Shown here piece after piece: positions 1 to 10,791 of a stretch of DNA of 64,000 nt. This DNA comes from an uncultured delta proteobacterium (GTDB lineage Bacteria > Desulfobacterota > Desulfomonilia > Desulfomonilales > Desulfomonilaceae). Each line of letters opens with the position of its first letter. Position 1 is the first letter of the stretch. The notes beneath the pieces are model-generated. The model saw only the letters and a program-made list of their open reading frames with translations. It did no database searches and was not told where the DNA came from. A program made the translations under genes and the position numbers. The stretch spans positions 1-64,000 of the forward strand of contig CAWJXP010000037.1 in the NCBI GenBank assembly GCA_963846725.1, in the 5' to 3' direction.

Positions 1-485
1 GAATTCCGGTTTGCCTGTATACGCGGAATGTGGCGGCTTAATGTACCTCGCCAGAACTCATAATTGACAATTCGGCTTATCCGATGGTGGGAGTTTTTGA
101 CGTTGCGACTGTCCTGGAACGAAAACCACAGGGCCATGGATACATGACTGTTCAGGTAATCGCTCCCAATCCATTTTTTCCTGTCGGAACGGTCCTGAGC
201 GGACACGAGTTTCACTATTCATACATCTGTTCCGAAAATCCTGACGCCAACTCATACGCATTCAAGGTCACGAGGGGCCATCGAATCACGGGGGCGTTGG
301 ACGGCATTTTCAAGAACAACGCATTAGGCACATATCTGCATCTGCATGCGTTGGGAGCGCCGGAGTGGGCGAGGAGCATTCTGAAAGTGGGCGTCCAGTT
401 ATCACCAGGCTCGGATGGGAAAGAAAAACGGACAATAAAAAGCCTCGTGTTGCACGATTTCACTGATTGGAAACAACTATTTTGA
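1..485 (+). CDS. cbiA: cobyrinic acid a,c-diamide synthase (CbiA/CobB) C-terminal glutamine-amidotransferase region; 5'-truncated by the window edge and frameshifted near nt 45-65
   Basis: Frame 2 from nt 2 reads NSGLPVYAECGGLMYL (the CbiA GATase catalytic-Cys motif) and stops at 65-67. The frame-3 ORF 84-485 carries the downstream SGHEFHYS motif typical of CbiA/CobB. Confidence 0.6.
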
Positions 486-590
486 ACAAATCTCAAGAGC
501 ATTTCAGAGACAGGATCGAAGCTGTTTTAGGACCGGAAGGCGTGTTGGCCGAGGCGATCGGGATATGAATACCGGGAGCAACAGGTCGCC

Positions 591-2483
591 ATGGCTGAGG
601 AGGTGCTTTCGGCCCTGATGGCAGAAGATACGTTGGTTGTGGAAACTCCAACAGGGACGGGGAAAACACTGGCTTACCTTGTGGCGATAGGGTTGAGCGG
701 CAAAAGAGTAGCTGTATCGACCGGGACAAAGAATCTTCAGGAGCAGCTTTTTTTTAAAGACATCCCCTTTGTCAAAGAGCGTGTCTTTCCGGGGCTTCAG
801 TCTGCTCTTCTCAAGGGGCGCGGGAATTTCATCTGTCATCGACGGTTCAAGAACTTTCTTCGACAGCCTAGCTTTTACGAACAATGGGAGGAGAAAGTTC
901 TCGAAAAAATTATTGAATGGTATCAGGTGACTTGTTCCAAAGGAGACGGAGATCGGGCTGAGCTGGAAAACCTGCCGGATGACAGCCAGCTTTGGTCTGA
1001 AATATGTTCGACCACAGAAACCTGTTTGGGAAGAAACTGTTTTGATTTTGAGCGATGTTTTGTTCAGAAAATGCGATCTAAAGCGGCGGAGGTGGACCTT
1101 CTGGTTGTCAATCATAGCCTCCTCGCTTCAGACCTGGCTGTCCGGGCGACTGGCCGCGGAGAAGTGATACCTCGTTTTGACCTCATAGTCGATGAGGCTC
1201 ATGGGTTCGAAGAAGCCGTAACGCAACACTTTGGCTTCCATTCCGGATTTTATAAAATTAGAAAATACGCCAGAGACTTCAGATTCCAGCTAGCGCAAAG
1301 CAGCGTAACCGAGGAAAAATTTGAGAAGGAACTTCGAAGACTGGAAGACCAGGCCAAAAATTTATTCGGTATTTTTGACGAAATTCCCGGCCAGAAGATC
1401 AGGATAGACCCGACTAATCATAGAGTGGCAGAATCTCTAGCCCAGGTGAGCCAAACCCTTAACAGCCTTTTCTCTATGATATCCGGACTTTTGAAGTCCA
1501 ACGAAGAAATGAAGAATCTTGCCCAGAGAACCCAGGATTTACGGACTGAGTTGGAAACGATCTTTGGTTCCCTTTCCAGCGGGGATTTCGCGACATGGGC
1601 GGAAAATAAACCGTTATGGCCCACGCATGTCCAATCGAAATAGGGCGAGCCCTTCAAGTCAGGCTTTACGAGAAGATTCCTGGTGTTGTGTTCACTTCGG
1701 CCACACTGGCAACCAGTGGATCATTCTCCTATTTTAAATCCAGCGTTGGTTTGAACGGCGATTTGTCCCCGAAAGAAACGAATCTTGGATTGCCCGTTCG
1801 ATTATTCAAAACAGACTTTGTTTTACGTTCCAGAGTCCATTCCGGAACCTAATTCGGATCAGTTCGCTACTGCTTTATCCAAGGCTATTGGTGAAATTCT
1901 TTCGATTTCAAGGGGGCGGGCCTTTGCCCTATTCACATCTAACAGGAATATGGAAAAGGTTTTTCAGGATCTGAAAGGCAAACTGCCTTTTCCTCTTCTG
2001 CTTCAGGGCACAAAACCGAAAACCAAACTGCTTGAAGAATTCAGGGCAAGCGAAGGGGCGGTTCTTTTTGGCACGGCATCCTTCTGGGAAGGCGTTGACG
2101 TCCAGGGAGAAGCGCTGTCATGCGTCATCATTGATCGATTACCTTTTGCGCCTCCCGATGATCCGATTCTCGCTACGAGAGTCGAGTTGCTGAAATCAGC
2201 CGGGAAAAACGCCTTTTTCCTTTTGCAGGTCCCAATGGCCGCGATCTCACTGAAACAGGGGCTGGGAAAGCTTATTAGAACCCGGAACGATCACGGGGCT
2301 CTGTGTGTAATGGACACCAGAATCCTCTCAAAGAGCTATGGAAAGATCTTTTTTGAAAGTCTCCACAAAAGTCCCTTGACTCGGTCGTTAAAAGCTGTGA
2401 AAGCCTTCTTTGAAAAGAGTGGCCAAAAAAGTTCGAAGACGCCTCGACAAAAGCGCCAAGACGCTGCAAATCCGGAAATTTGA
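591..2483 (+). CDS. dinG: DinG/Rad3-family ATP-dependent DNA helicase, split into three ORFs by two frame changes (about 1616-1643 and 1785-1852)
   Basis: ORF 591-1643 has Walker A VETPTGTGKTLAYL, the DLLVVNHSLL motif and the DEAH box LIVDEAHGFEE. ORF 1616-1852 has FTSATL. ORF 1785-2483 has the C-terminal helicase motifs LFTSNRNM, VLFGTASFWEGVD and GALCVMDTR. Confidence 0.8.
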
Positions 2484-3634
2484 CCAATGTGATGTCCATG
2501 TTTGAAATACGGTTCAAGCAAGAGTCTTTTGATCAACTGTTTATCGAGATTACAGGGAACATCTCGGTGGATGACGCTGTGGCCGTTGATAAAGAGCTTT
2601 CGAAGATATTGGAGTCGCAACCCCTCAAAAACATAAGGCTGGATCTCGCAGGAGTGGATTACCTGGATGGCGCCGGAATAGCGGTAATGAGAAACTTTGT
2701 CCGCCGTTGCACGAAACTCCGGAACACGGTCAGCTTTTCAAATGTTCCATCCGCCGCCAGGCGATATCTGGAAGTCAATCCATCGGCAAGTGAGAATGAT
2801 CGAGATATCCTGAGAGAAATCGAAGGCTCTGACCTGGTGAGCCAGCTAGGCCAAGGGATGATCCAACTCAGGAGCAACGCTTACGATATCGTTAGCTTCG
2901 TAGGTAGTATAGTTGAAGCCTTTTGGTCGGGGTTGAGGAGACCCTTGCCCAGAAGGTGGGACGGATTGACAAAACTCTTCGAAAAGGCCGGTGTTGACGC
3001 AGTGCCGATTGTGGTCACTCTCAGCTTTCTGATGGGGGCTATCCTGGCTTTTCAAGCGGCCATTCAGCTCCGGAAATTCGGGGCCAACATTTTCGTAGCT
3101 GATCTGGTGAGCTTATCAATTTGTCTTGAAATGGGGCCTTTGATGACCGGTCTCATCATATCGGGACGTTCCGGCGCCGGATATGCCGCTCATATCGGGT
3201 CCATGCAAGTTTCTGAAGAGATAGACGCTCTGCGGGTTCTTGGGATAGATCCAATTTTTTATCTGGTTGCCCCAAGAATTCTGGCTGTAGCTCTTGCGGC
3301 CCCATGCCTGACGATTCTGGCCGATATAATCGGGATAATTGGTGGTTGTTTGGTAGCGGGGTTTTCCCTGGATGTCACTCCAGCGACCTATTTTAGCCAG
3401 GTTAAAAAAGTCCTGGAAATCAGTGATGTGATGAAGGGACTGGTCAAGAGTTGCGTCTTTGGGATAGAGATAGCGGGGATAGGCTGTCTGAGGGGATTTC
3501 AGGTCAGAGGAGGCGCTGAAGGTGTGGGATCTTCCACGACTTCAGCCGTCGTAACGTGCATATTTGTGCTGACTGTAACGAACGCGATATTTGCAGTGTT
3601 GTTTTACTATTTCCCCCGCATCTGGGTAATTTAG
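2480..3634 (+). CDS. mlaE: MlaE-family ABC permease with an N-terminal STAS (anti-sigma-antagonist-like) domain
   Basis: About 110 aa at the N-terminus have a STAS-like pattern (LAGVDYLDGAGIAVM). The remaining ~270 aa are a typical MlaE/YrbE/Ttg2B permease with multiple TM helices. It overlaps the dinG stop by 4 nt. Confidence 0.8.
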   Translation: MTNVMSMFEIRFKQESFDQLFIEITGNISVDDAVAVDKELSKILESQPLKNIRLDLAGVDYLDGAGIAVMRNFVRRCTKLRNTVSFSNVPSAARRYLEVNPSASENDRDILREIEGSDLVSQLGQGMIQLRSNAYDIVSFVGSIVEAFWSGLRRPLPRRWDGLTKLFEKAGVDAVPIVVTLSFLMGAILAFQAAIQLRKFGANIFVADLVSLSICLEMGPLMTGLIISGRSGAGYAAHIGSMQVSEEIDALRVLGIDPIFYLVAPRILAVALAAPCLTILADIIGIIGGCLVAGFSLDVTPATYFSQVKKVLEISDVMKGLVKSCVFGIEIAGIGCLRGFQVRGGAEGVGSSTTSAVVTCIFVLTVTNAIFAVLFYYFPRIWVI

Positions 3635-3679
3635 TTTTTTCAGCAACTTTTAGGGGTCGAGATAGGTCTCATACAAGTA

Positions 3680-4502
3680 TTGCGGCAAACTCAAAAAGGG
3701 GTGGAATTGACCCAAGACAGGATTTCAGCAATCTCAGTTCGAAATGTTTCTGCAGGCTACTTCGGGGAAATCGTAATTCGAGATGTCTCTCTGGAAATTG
3801 CCAGGGGAGAAATTTTTGCTGTCATGGGCCGGTCCGGATGTGGAAAGACAACCTTGTTTCGAGCGATGGTGGGTTTGCTCAAACCGATCAGCGGAGAAAT
3901 ATATTACGGCGATCAGAAGATGGATCCTATAGATGAACAGACCTCATCCGGGGATATTGCGAAAACTTGGTGTCCTGTTTCAGTCCGGGGCTCTTTTCAG
4001 TTCAATGACAGTGGCTGAAAATGTTGCGTTGCCGCTTCGTCAATTCACCTCTCTGTCCAAAAACGTTATTGAGGAAATAGTGCGTCTCAAACTGGATTTG
4101 GTAGGTTTGCTGAATTCAGCCGAAAAAACACCATCGGAACTTAGTGGAGGAATGCAAAAGAGGGCGGCCCTGGCTAGAGCCATGGCGTTGGATCCGGAAA
4201 TTCTTTTTTTTGATGAGCCTTCCGCAGGGCTGGACCCTTTGACAAGCGCCGAACTTGACGAGACCATCCTCAGTATAAATTCATCTATGGGCACGACAAT
4301 CGTGCTCGTAACCCATGAACTTAGAAGCGCGTTTAGAGTGGCTGATCGAGCCATACTTCTAGACCCGATAGAAAAAACGGTTATTGGGGAGGGGTCTCCG
4401 GAGGAACTTAGGAACAACTCGTCAGACCCTAGGATTAGAGACTTCTTCAGGGGACGTGTCTCTCAAGACAAAATGTCATCAAAGAAGGGCGTCAATGATT
4501 AA
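3680..4502 (+). CDS. mlaF: MlaF-type ABC transporter ATP-binding protein, frameshifted around 3933-4018
   Basis: Walker A GRSGCGKTTL lies in ORF 3680-4018. The Q-loop GVLFQSGALF, signature LSGGMQKRAALARA and Walker B ILFFDEPSAGLD lie in ORF 3933-4502 in a different frame. Confidence 0.8.
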
Positions 4503-4656
4503 TTGTTTCGGGAACGCAACCGATTAATGACTTTCAGATAACACTTCGCATCAATGATGCTGAAACTGAACTGATTGTGTGATAATTAGCCATTGAGCCA
4601 AACGAATTGACTTTCTTTCTGAATAACGGATCTGTCTTGATTTCTGGGAGAAGAGT

Positions 4657-5529
4657 ATGAACAAGCAGTCAACGAAATTCAAAATCGGTCTTTTTCTAAT
4701 TGGGAGTTTGTTGTTGACTGTGGCAATCTTAATCTGGTTGGGCGCTTCGAGGTATTTTGAAAATTCGCAAACGGTTGTGGCTTATTTTTCGGAGAGCGTT
4801 CAGGGCCTGGAATCCGATAGTCCCGTGAAATTCAGAGGGGTTTCTGTCGGTAGGGTAAAAAAGATTAAGATGGCTCCTGACGGAAGGTTGGTAGAGGTCG
4901 TAATGGGACTCGACCCAAATTTCAAGGTTACTGATGATCTTGGGGTTAAAATTAATCTACTGGGTTTAACCGGATTGAAATATTTGGAGATGGATTCGTT
5001 CAAACACGATCAAGACAAGGAACCCATAGAGCTGGATTTTAAACCGCGATACAGAGTTATACCGACTTACGCCTCAGACATTAAAGAAATCGGAGCCGCC
5101 CTCGAAAATGTGTTCCAGAAACTCAAAGCTCTTGATATTGAAAGAATTTCTAATCATTTACTGAGAGTTTCGGTCAAGCTGGATAAAATACTTTCCGACT
5201 CCAAAGTTGATACAATTGGAAGCGACGCCTCGGACGCCATTCGCGAGATAAAAGAAGCCGCCAAGAAAATCAATGATGATTTGTCAAAAGCTCAACTCGG
5301 AAAATCGCTGTCCAAAATGATGGAGAAAACCAATGAATTCCTTCAGGTCAGCACGGAAACGGCAAGGAACACAGACAGGATGATAAGAAGAACAGACAAC
5401 AACATCAGTTTGCTGACACAAAAATTAGATCGAAGCGCCGATAATTTGATCGACTTTACAAGGATGATAAAGAACAAACCATCCAGCATAATCTTCGGGC
5501 CTGGTGAGAAAGCAGGAGAAGGAAGATAA
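4657..5529 (+). CDS. mlaD: MlaD/MCE-domain periplasmic substrate-binding component
   Basis: N-terminal TM anchor followed by an MCE domain (VKFRGVSVGRVKKI). It sits in operon context after mlaEF. Confidence 0.8.
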   Translation: MNKQSTKFKIGLFLIGSLLLTVAILIWLGASRYFENSQTVVAYFSESVQGLESDSPVKFRGVSVGRVKKIKMAPDGRLVEVVMGLDPNFKVTDDLGVKINLLGLTGLKYLEMDSFKHDQDKEPIELDFKPRYRVIPTYASDIKEIGAALENVFQKLKALDIERISNHLLRVSVKLDKILSDSKVDTIGSDASDAIREIKEAAKKINDDLSKAQLGKSLSKMMEKTNEFLQVSTETARNTDRMIRRTDNNISLLTQKLDRSADNLIDFTRMIKNKPSSIIFGPGEKAGEGR

Positions 5530-5540
5530 TAGTATCCTGT

Positions 5541-6263
5541 TTGGGCGCTTCTCTTTATTCCAGCTTGGCTGGCTCGCAAATCATGGTTCAGAATAGGTCA
5601 GAACTCGGGAATAGTCTGCAAACATATTCATTATATTTAACAGTTCGGGAAGACTTACGAAGCCTGCTGTTGGCAGCCTCAATTGTAGTGATTTCCGGAT
5701 GCGCTTTGTGGAACACGGAAGCTGTGGTTTTCCACGCTATAAATTATCCAGCCCCCAAAGCTAACAGAGAACACCGGATTCCGGAAACAATAATGGTTTA
5801 CCGTCTTCTCATGGATTCAAAGGTCGATAGTCATTATCTCGTAATTTCGAATCTAAAGGGCAATACCAGGAGTGTGAGCGGTTACGCCTGGGTTCAGGAT
5901 CCTTCCGAGATGCTCACCGAATTGGTAACCCGGGATCTGGAATCCTCCGGATTATTCGAAAAGGCCATTGATCAGACCAGCAATCTTCCATATAGATATG
6001 GGCTGGAGGGTCAATTGAAGAAATTTGAAGGAGTGATCAACAACGGGAAAGGCGCTGGATTGATTCAGGCTGAAGTCAGGTTAATAGATTTTGAACACCA
6101 ATCAACAGGCAATAGTGAACTAATTAAGAAACTCTACATTATAGAAGTTCCGAGCGTGGATACCAAGCCTGAGTCCATAGTGAAGGCGCTGGACAAAGCA
6201 TCGATGGATTTATCCGAAAAAATTAGAAATGATGTAGGAAAGATCCTGATAAGTAAAAACTGA
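5541..6263 (+). CDS. ABC-type transport auxiliary lipoprotein (PqiC/YmbA-like, ABC_trans_aux family). The true start is probably internal, near 5650.
   Basis: Signal peptide with lipobox VVISGC. It follows an MCE gene, as in mla/pqi operons. Confidence 0.55.
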   Translation: MGASLYSSLAGSQIMVQNRSELGNSLQTYSLYLTVREDLRSLLLAASIVVISGCALWNTEAVVFHAINYPAPKANREHRIPETIMVYRLLMDSKVDSHYLVISNLKGNTRSVSGYAWVQDPSEMLTELVTRDLESSGLFEKAIDQTSNLPYRYGLEGQLKKFEGVINNGKGAGLIQAEVRLIDFEHQSTGNSELIKKLYIIEVPSVDTKPESIVKALDKASMDLSEKIRNDVGKILISKN

Positions 6264-6387
6264 ATGCCAGAAAAATTTTAGACGTGGGTTCCATAATTTC
6301 GTCAAAGTTTTGACAACCTGGAATTGCTTGGCGCTTTAGTAGATGTTATTTAAAAAGGGGTTCTCAAGTTATAGCGTGAGGCGCAAA

Positions 6388-6741
6388 ATGAAACGCATTC
6401 TTGTCGTTGACGACGAAAGACACATTTGTGAATTGTATAGGATGGAACTGGAGGAAGAAGGTTACGCTGTTTCACTTGTTCATTCGGGTAATGACGCCCT
6501 GGAGGAGGTGGATCGCAATCCGCCTGATCTGATCGTTTTGGATATACAAATGCCCGGGATGGATGGGATTGAAACGTTGGAAAAGCTTCTCGGCATGGAC
6601 AAAGGGATTCCGGTCATCCTCAACACCGCTTACAGTCATTACAAGGACGATTTCACCACTTGGGGAGCGGACGCGTATGTTGTGAAATCGTCTGATACGT
6701 CCAGACTCAAAAAAGAAATAAAAAGGTTACTCGGAGCATGA
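6388..6741 (+). CDS. single-domain response regulator (CheY-like receiver)
   Basis: MKRILVVDDE...DLIVLDIQMPGMDG...K with the conserved Asp and Lys positions and no output domain. Its stop overlaps the glgC start (ATGA at 6738-6741). Confidence 0.85.
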   Translation: MKRILVVDDERHICELYRMELEEEGYAVSLVHSGNDALEEVDRNPPDLIVLDIQMPGMDGIETLEKLLGMDKGIPVILNTAYSHYKDDFTTWGADAYVVKSSDTSRLKKEIKRLLGA

Positions 6742-7982
6742 ACCTGAGAAACGAGATGAAAAGCACTTTGTGCATACTCATGGCTGGTGGAAAAGGCGAA
6801 CGCCTCTATCCTTTGACCAAGGCCAGAGCCAAACCTTCGGTTAGATTCGGCGGCATTTACAGAATCGTTGATTTTACTCTTTCTAACTGCCTCAATTCAG
6901 ATATACGAAGGATTTATGTGTTGACGCAGTATCGATCGGTTTCGCTGGATCGCCACATCAGGCTGGGGTGGAACATTTTCAATCACGAGTTGGGAGAATT
7001 TATCGAGTGTGTGCCGCCGCAGCAAAGAAATGTGGACCGTTGGTACCGCGGAACCGCTGACAGCCTCTACCAAAACATTCACATCCTGCAAAGAGAGCGG
7101 CCCAAGAGAGTTTTGATTTTGTCCGGAGATCATGTTTACAAAATGAACTATAACGACATGTTATCGTTCCATATCGAAAAAGGGGCTGATCTTACCGTAG
7201 CCGGTGTCGAGGCGCCGAGAGAAGAAGCCAAAGCGTTCGGTGTCATAGGCTGTGACGATGACTATCGGATCGTTGACTGGGAAGAAAAGCCTTCAGATCC
7301 CAAGCATGTTCCGGGAAAACCCGATAAATCATTTGTGTCCATGGGGGTCTATATCTTTGACACGAAAGCCCTGGTCAAAAACGTTATAGATGACGCCAAA
7401 AACTCGAACTCCTCCCACGACTTTGGTAAAGACATCGTGCGCAAAATGATAGAAACGAATAAAGTTTATGTTCATAGTTTCAAAGAAGTTAACAACGAAT
7501 CAAGCGCTTACTGGAGAGATATTGGAACTCTGGACGCTTATTGGCAGGCCAATATTGACCTGTGTTCAGCAACTCCATCGTTCAACCTTTATGATCAGGA
7601 GTGGCCGATCAGGACCTACCAGGAACAAGTCCCACCGGCAAAGATTATGGCCTCACACTTTTCTGAGCCATCCAGGCCTGCTGGAGTGGAAACCGTAAAT
7701 TGCATAATTTCGGGTGGATGCTTGGTTTCCGGGGCGCGGATAGTCCAATCGGTGCTTTCTCACGGGGTTGTTGTGGGTGAAGGTAGCGTGATTGAAGACT
7801 CAGTGCTTCTTGACAAATGCCGGATTGGAAAAGACGCCAGGATCAAAAAAGCAATCATAGACCATGACGTAAATATTCCTGATGGCGCAATTGTGGGCTA
7901 CGATCCTGACGAAGACAAGAAACGGTTTACCATCTCACCTGGCGGAGTTGTTGTAGTTCCGAAGGGTATCAGCCTGGATTGA
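6738..7982 (+). CDS. glgC: glucose-1-phosphate adenylyltransferase
   Basis: LMAGGKGERLYPLT nucleotide-binding motif, FGGIYRIVDF, and a C-terminal left-handed beta-helix region. Full-length similarity to GlgC. Confidence 0.9.
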   Translation: MNLRNEMKSTLCILMAGGKGERLYPLTKARAKPSVRFGGIYRIVDFTLSNCLNSDIRRIYVLTQYRSVSLDRHIRLGWNIFNHELGEFIECVPPQQRNVDRWYRGTADSLYQNIHILQRERPKRVLILSGDHVYKMNYNDMLSFHIEKGADLTVAGVEAPREEAKAFGVIGCDDDYRIVDWEEKPSDPKHVPGKPDKSFVSMGVYIFDTKALVKNVIDDAKNSNSSHDFGKDIVRKMIETNKVYVHSFKEVNNESSAYWRDIGTLDAYWQANIDLCSATPSFNLYDQEWPIRTYQEQVPPAKIMASHFSEPSRPAGVETVNCIISGGCLVSGARIVQSVLSHGVVVGEGSVIEDSVLLDKCRIGKDARIKKAIIDHDVNIPDGAIVGYDPDEDKKRFTISPGGVVVVPKGISLD

Positions 7983-7998
7983 CGCTCTCAATTCTCTA

Positions 7999-8799
7999 TT
8001 GATTGGATTCGTTTCGGAAAGGAATAATATGCCTGACTTGATCATCGAAGGACGACGTATTGGATACGGATGCAATGTTGACGCGATTGACGCCTCCCAA
8101 ACGGTATTGTTGCTTATACACGGCAGTGGAGGAGACAGAGGGGACTGGCAATGGCAACTCGAGGGGATAAAGGCTCCCGGTGGTGTGATCGCCATTGAAC
8201 TCCCAGGTCACGGAGAATCTGACGGGCCCGGGGAATCATCGGTTCCAGTATACGCCGACTGGGTGGAAAAGTTCGTTCTCGGTCTGGGATTGCAAAGGGT
8301 AGCGCTTATGGGATGTTCGCTCGGGAGCGCTATTTCACAGTGGATAGGACTTGAGCGCAAACCCTGGATGGTGGCATTGGGATTAGTAGGCGCTGGAGCC
8401 CGTCTTCGGGTTTTGCCTTCCCTTCTCGATGGACTGATAAATGAACCCGCCCTGTCATTAAGCTCCCTGGCCGACTTCTGCCTGTCCCAGTCAGCCACGG
8501 ACTCCCTCAGGAATGAAATGAAGGCAAAATATCAAAAAGCTGATCCTTACGTTATTCATGGAGATCTGAGCGCATGTGACAAGTTTGACGTTATTGGCCG
8601 GATTCATGAAATTTCCGTCCCAACGCTGATTCTGGTCGGCGCGGAAGATTATCTAACCCCGGTCAAGTATTCGAAATTTCTGAACGACAAAATCCCCGGA
8701 TCAACAATGGTGACTATTCCCAACGCAGGACATCTGGCGATGATGGAAAAACCTGAAGAGTTCAATGCGGCTACGCAAAACTTCCTGGATAGTCTTTAA
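7999..8799 (+). CDS. alpha/beta-fold hydrolase (esterase/lipase family)
   Basis: LLLIHGSGGD oxyanion region and nucleophile elbow GCSLGS. About 266 aa. Confidence 0.7.
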   Translation: MIGFVSERNNMPDLIIEGRRIGYGCNVDAIDASQTVLLLIHGSGGDRGDWQWQLEGIKAPGGVIAIELPGHGESDGPGESSVPVYADWVEKFVLGLGLQRVALMGCSLGSAISQWIGLERKPWMVALGLVGAGARLRVLPSLLDGLINEPALSLSSLADFCLSQSATDSLRNEMKAKYQKADPYVIHGDLSACDKFDVIGRIHEISVPTLILVGAEDYLTPVKYSKFLNDKIPGSTMVTIPNAGHLAMMEKPEEFNAATQNFLDSL

Positions 8800-8884
8800 A
8801 CGACTACCTAAATCATAAGGAACTGAGGCACGGACCCGTTCAGGCAAATGCAGGGAATGCCCCGCCTTTTTGATAAGCTGAATT

Positions 8885-9808
8885 TTAGAATTCGCCGCTA
8901 AATTCGACCCGATTCCGCCCCAGGTTTTTGGCCCTATACAATGACTCGTCCGCGGCTTTGACGACTGAGTCAGTATTTAGACGATTCTTTCCCTTGATCA
9001 CAACTGCGCCAAGACTGAGACGCACGTGAAGAGTTCCTTCAGGGCTGACGATGGGGTTTTCGTCGAACAACGCCCTCAATCGCTCGGCGACAATCAAGGC
9101 GTCTGTGGTATCGCATCCCGGCATGACCACAAGGAATTCCTCTCCGCCATATCTACCGACCGCGTCATAGGGCCTGAGCGCTGAAGTTATTCTGCCGGCG
9201 GTCCGGCGCAAAGCCTCGTCACCAGCCAGGTGCCCGTAGGTGTCATTAATGCTTTTGAAATGATCGATGTCCATCATGACAATTGCGAGTGGGGAGCTTT
9301 CTCTGTGGGATCGCGCCAGTTCTCTGTCCAGAATTCCGAGTATTGCGTACCTATTCCACAGGCCTGTGAGCGAATCATGGGTAGCTTGAAATTCAGACGT
9401 TTTTAATGCCTCCAGCAAATCTTCCTGGAGTTCGATGATTCTGGTGGCCGCCCTAATTCGGACGCGTAGTTCCTGGGGATCGAAAGGCTTGGTAATATAG
9501 TCATCAGCTCCAGCTTCGAGCCCTTCAACAATGTCTTCTTTTCGGCTCTTGGCTGTAAGCAATATGATGTAGGTATAAGGTCTTGAATCCAGTTTCCGTA
9601 TTTCTCTGCTTACTGTGAGGCCATCCATCTCGGGCATCATCCAGTCCAGAACCGCCAGCTTTGGGGCGTCTTCGGAGTTCAACTCCTTCCATGCCTGGGC
9701 CCCATCCGAACAGACGACAAGCTCATTTCCCCAATCCTTGAGTTGCGCCTCCAGAATTCGACGGGTTATCGGATCGTCTTCAGCCAACAGAATTCTCACT
9801 AGCGGCAA
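8885..9808 (-). CDS. response regulator with GGDEF output domain (PleD/WspR-like diguanylate cyclase)
   Basis: N-terminal receiver (ILLAEDD...LDWMMPEMDG) and C-terminal GGDEF domain with an intact GGEEF active site (RYGGEEFLVV). Confidence 0.9.
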   Translation of the reverse strand: MPLVRILLAEDDPITRRILEAQLKDWGNELVVCSDGAQAWKELNSEDAPKLAVLDWMMPEMDGLTVSREIRKLDSRPYTYIILLTAKSRKEDIVEGLEAGADDYITKPFDPQELRVRIRAATRIIELQEDLLEALKTSEFQATHDSLTGLWNRYAILGILDRELARSHRESSPLAIVMMDIDHFKSINDTYGHLAGDEALRRTAGRITSALRPYDAVGRYGGEEFLVVMPGCDTTDALIVAERLRALFDENPIVSPEGTLHVRLSLGAVVIKGKNRLNTDSVVKAADESLYRAKNLGRNRVEFSGEF

Positions 9809-10192
9809 TTCCTGTGTTTATAGAAACGGAAATTTAATTCTACCTTGTAGCGGGATGATAAATTAAAATTCAAAGATTGGAAAGGGTGTTAAAAATATCT
9901 TCGTTTGTTGAAATATTCACGAATTCCTGGACCCGATGATCTTTATATTGATTTAACCAGTCTCCATGCAACGGATTTTCAAAGAGATTGTAGTTGGTCA
10001 TGAAAAGATACGCCGTTCCTGGAGTGGTCATTGTAGTGACGCCCGCTCTCTTTGGTCTGGAACAAGACCGTAAAAGGCTCTTGGTCAACAAGACATGTAA
10101 TTTTATAGCAACATATTTCTTTTAACATGGATTCATATTGATTACTCTTTGACAGGTGGATCAATTCAATCGATTTCAGAACGCGGAGATAG

Positions 10193-10651
10193 GTGACGAT
10201 GAACTCCCTGGAAGTTGAAAAAAGAGCGAAAGAGCTTTTCGATTCAGGTTTCTATTGTGCGGAAAGTGTTTTGCAGGCTGTCGCCGAGCACGCGGCAATT
10301 CATTCTCCGCTTATCCCCAAAATATCGACTGGCTTCTGTGGCGGGATATCACGCTCCAAAGGGATGTGTGGCGCAGTCACTGGAGGTGTCATGGCCCTAG
10401 GAATGATATTGGGGAGAACCAGCGCAGATATGCCCCCAGATGACACATACCTGAAAGTGCGGGAATTGCTGACCACTTTTGAAACTCAATTTGGCTCAAG
10501 CAACTGTTTTAACCTTACTGGTTGCGACTTCAACGACGCGATGGACCGCCAAAGATGGAAAGAATCCGGAATGTCAAACAAATGCAAGGAGTTCACTGGC
10601 GCAGCGGCACGCATTGTCACCGAAATATTAGATCGTGAGCGATCCAGCTAA
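10193..10651 (+). CDS. C_GCAxxG_C_C family putative redox-active protein
   Basis: Conserved-Cys pattern YCAESV...FCGG...GMCGAVTGG...C...C in a protein of about 150 aa. Confidence 0.55.
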   Translation: MTMNSLEVEKRAKELFDSGFYCAESVLQAVAEHAAIHSPLIPKISTGFCGGISRSKGMCGAVTGGVMALGMILGRTSADMPPDDTYLKVRELLTTFETQFGSSNCFNLTGCDFNDAMDRQRWKESGMSNKCKEFTGAAARIVTEILDRERSS

Positions 10652-10791
10652 GGCGTAACCTGCAGGAAAGCCGGAATACGTTCTCGTAGCTATCAGCTTC
10701 ATCCTTCTTATACGCCTATGAGATGTTGGACAACTCGACAATCCAGATAAATAATGCACCGAGCTAATGTCTGACGCAGAGGGACAAGACT

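Noticed and set aside
1-6. GAATTC at the very first bases, with further EcoRI sites at about 8883 and 9921, considered as biological signal.
   Set aside because: It most likely marks a cloning or fragment boundary and is an artefact, not a genomic feature.
6263-6388. Sigma-54 type promoter (GG-N10-GC) upstream of the receiver gene and in the argB and por leaders.
   Set aside because: The best candidates (for example TGGAATTGCTTGGC) have wrong spacing or lack the TGGCAC / TTGCW cores.
9870-10091. 73-aa minus-strand ORF in the 385-bp spacer between the GGDEF regulator and the C_GCAxxG gene.
   Set aside because: No RBS, no recognisable domain, and the composition resembles intergenic DNA. I did not annotate it as a gene.
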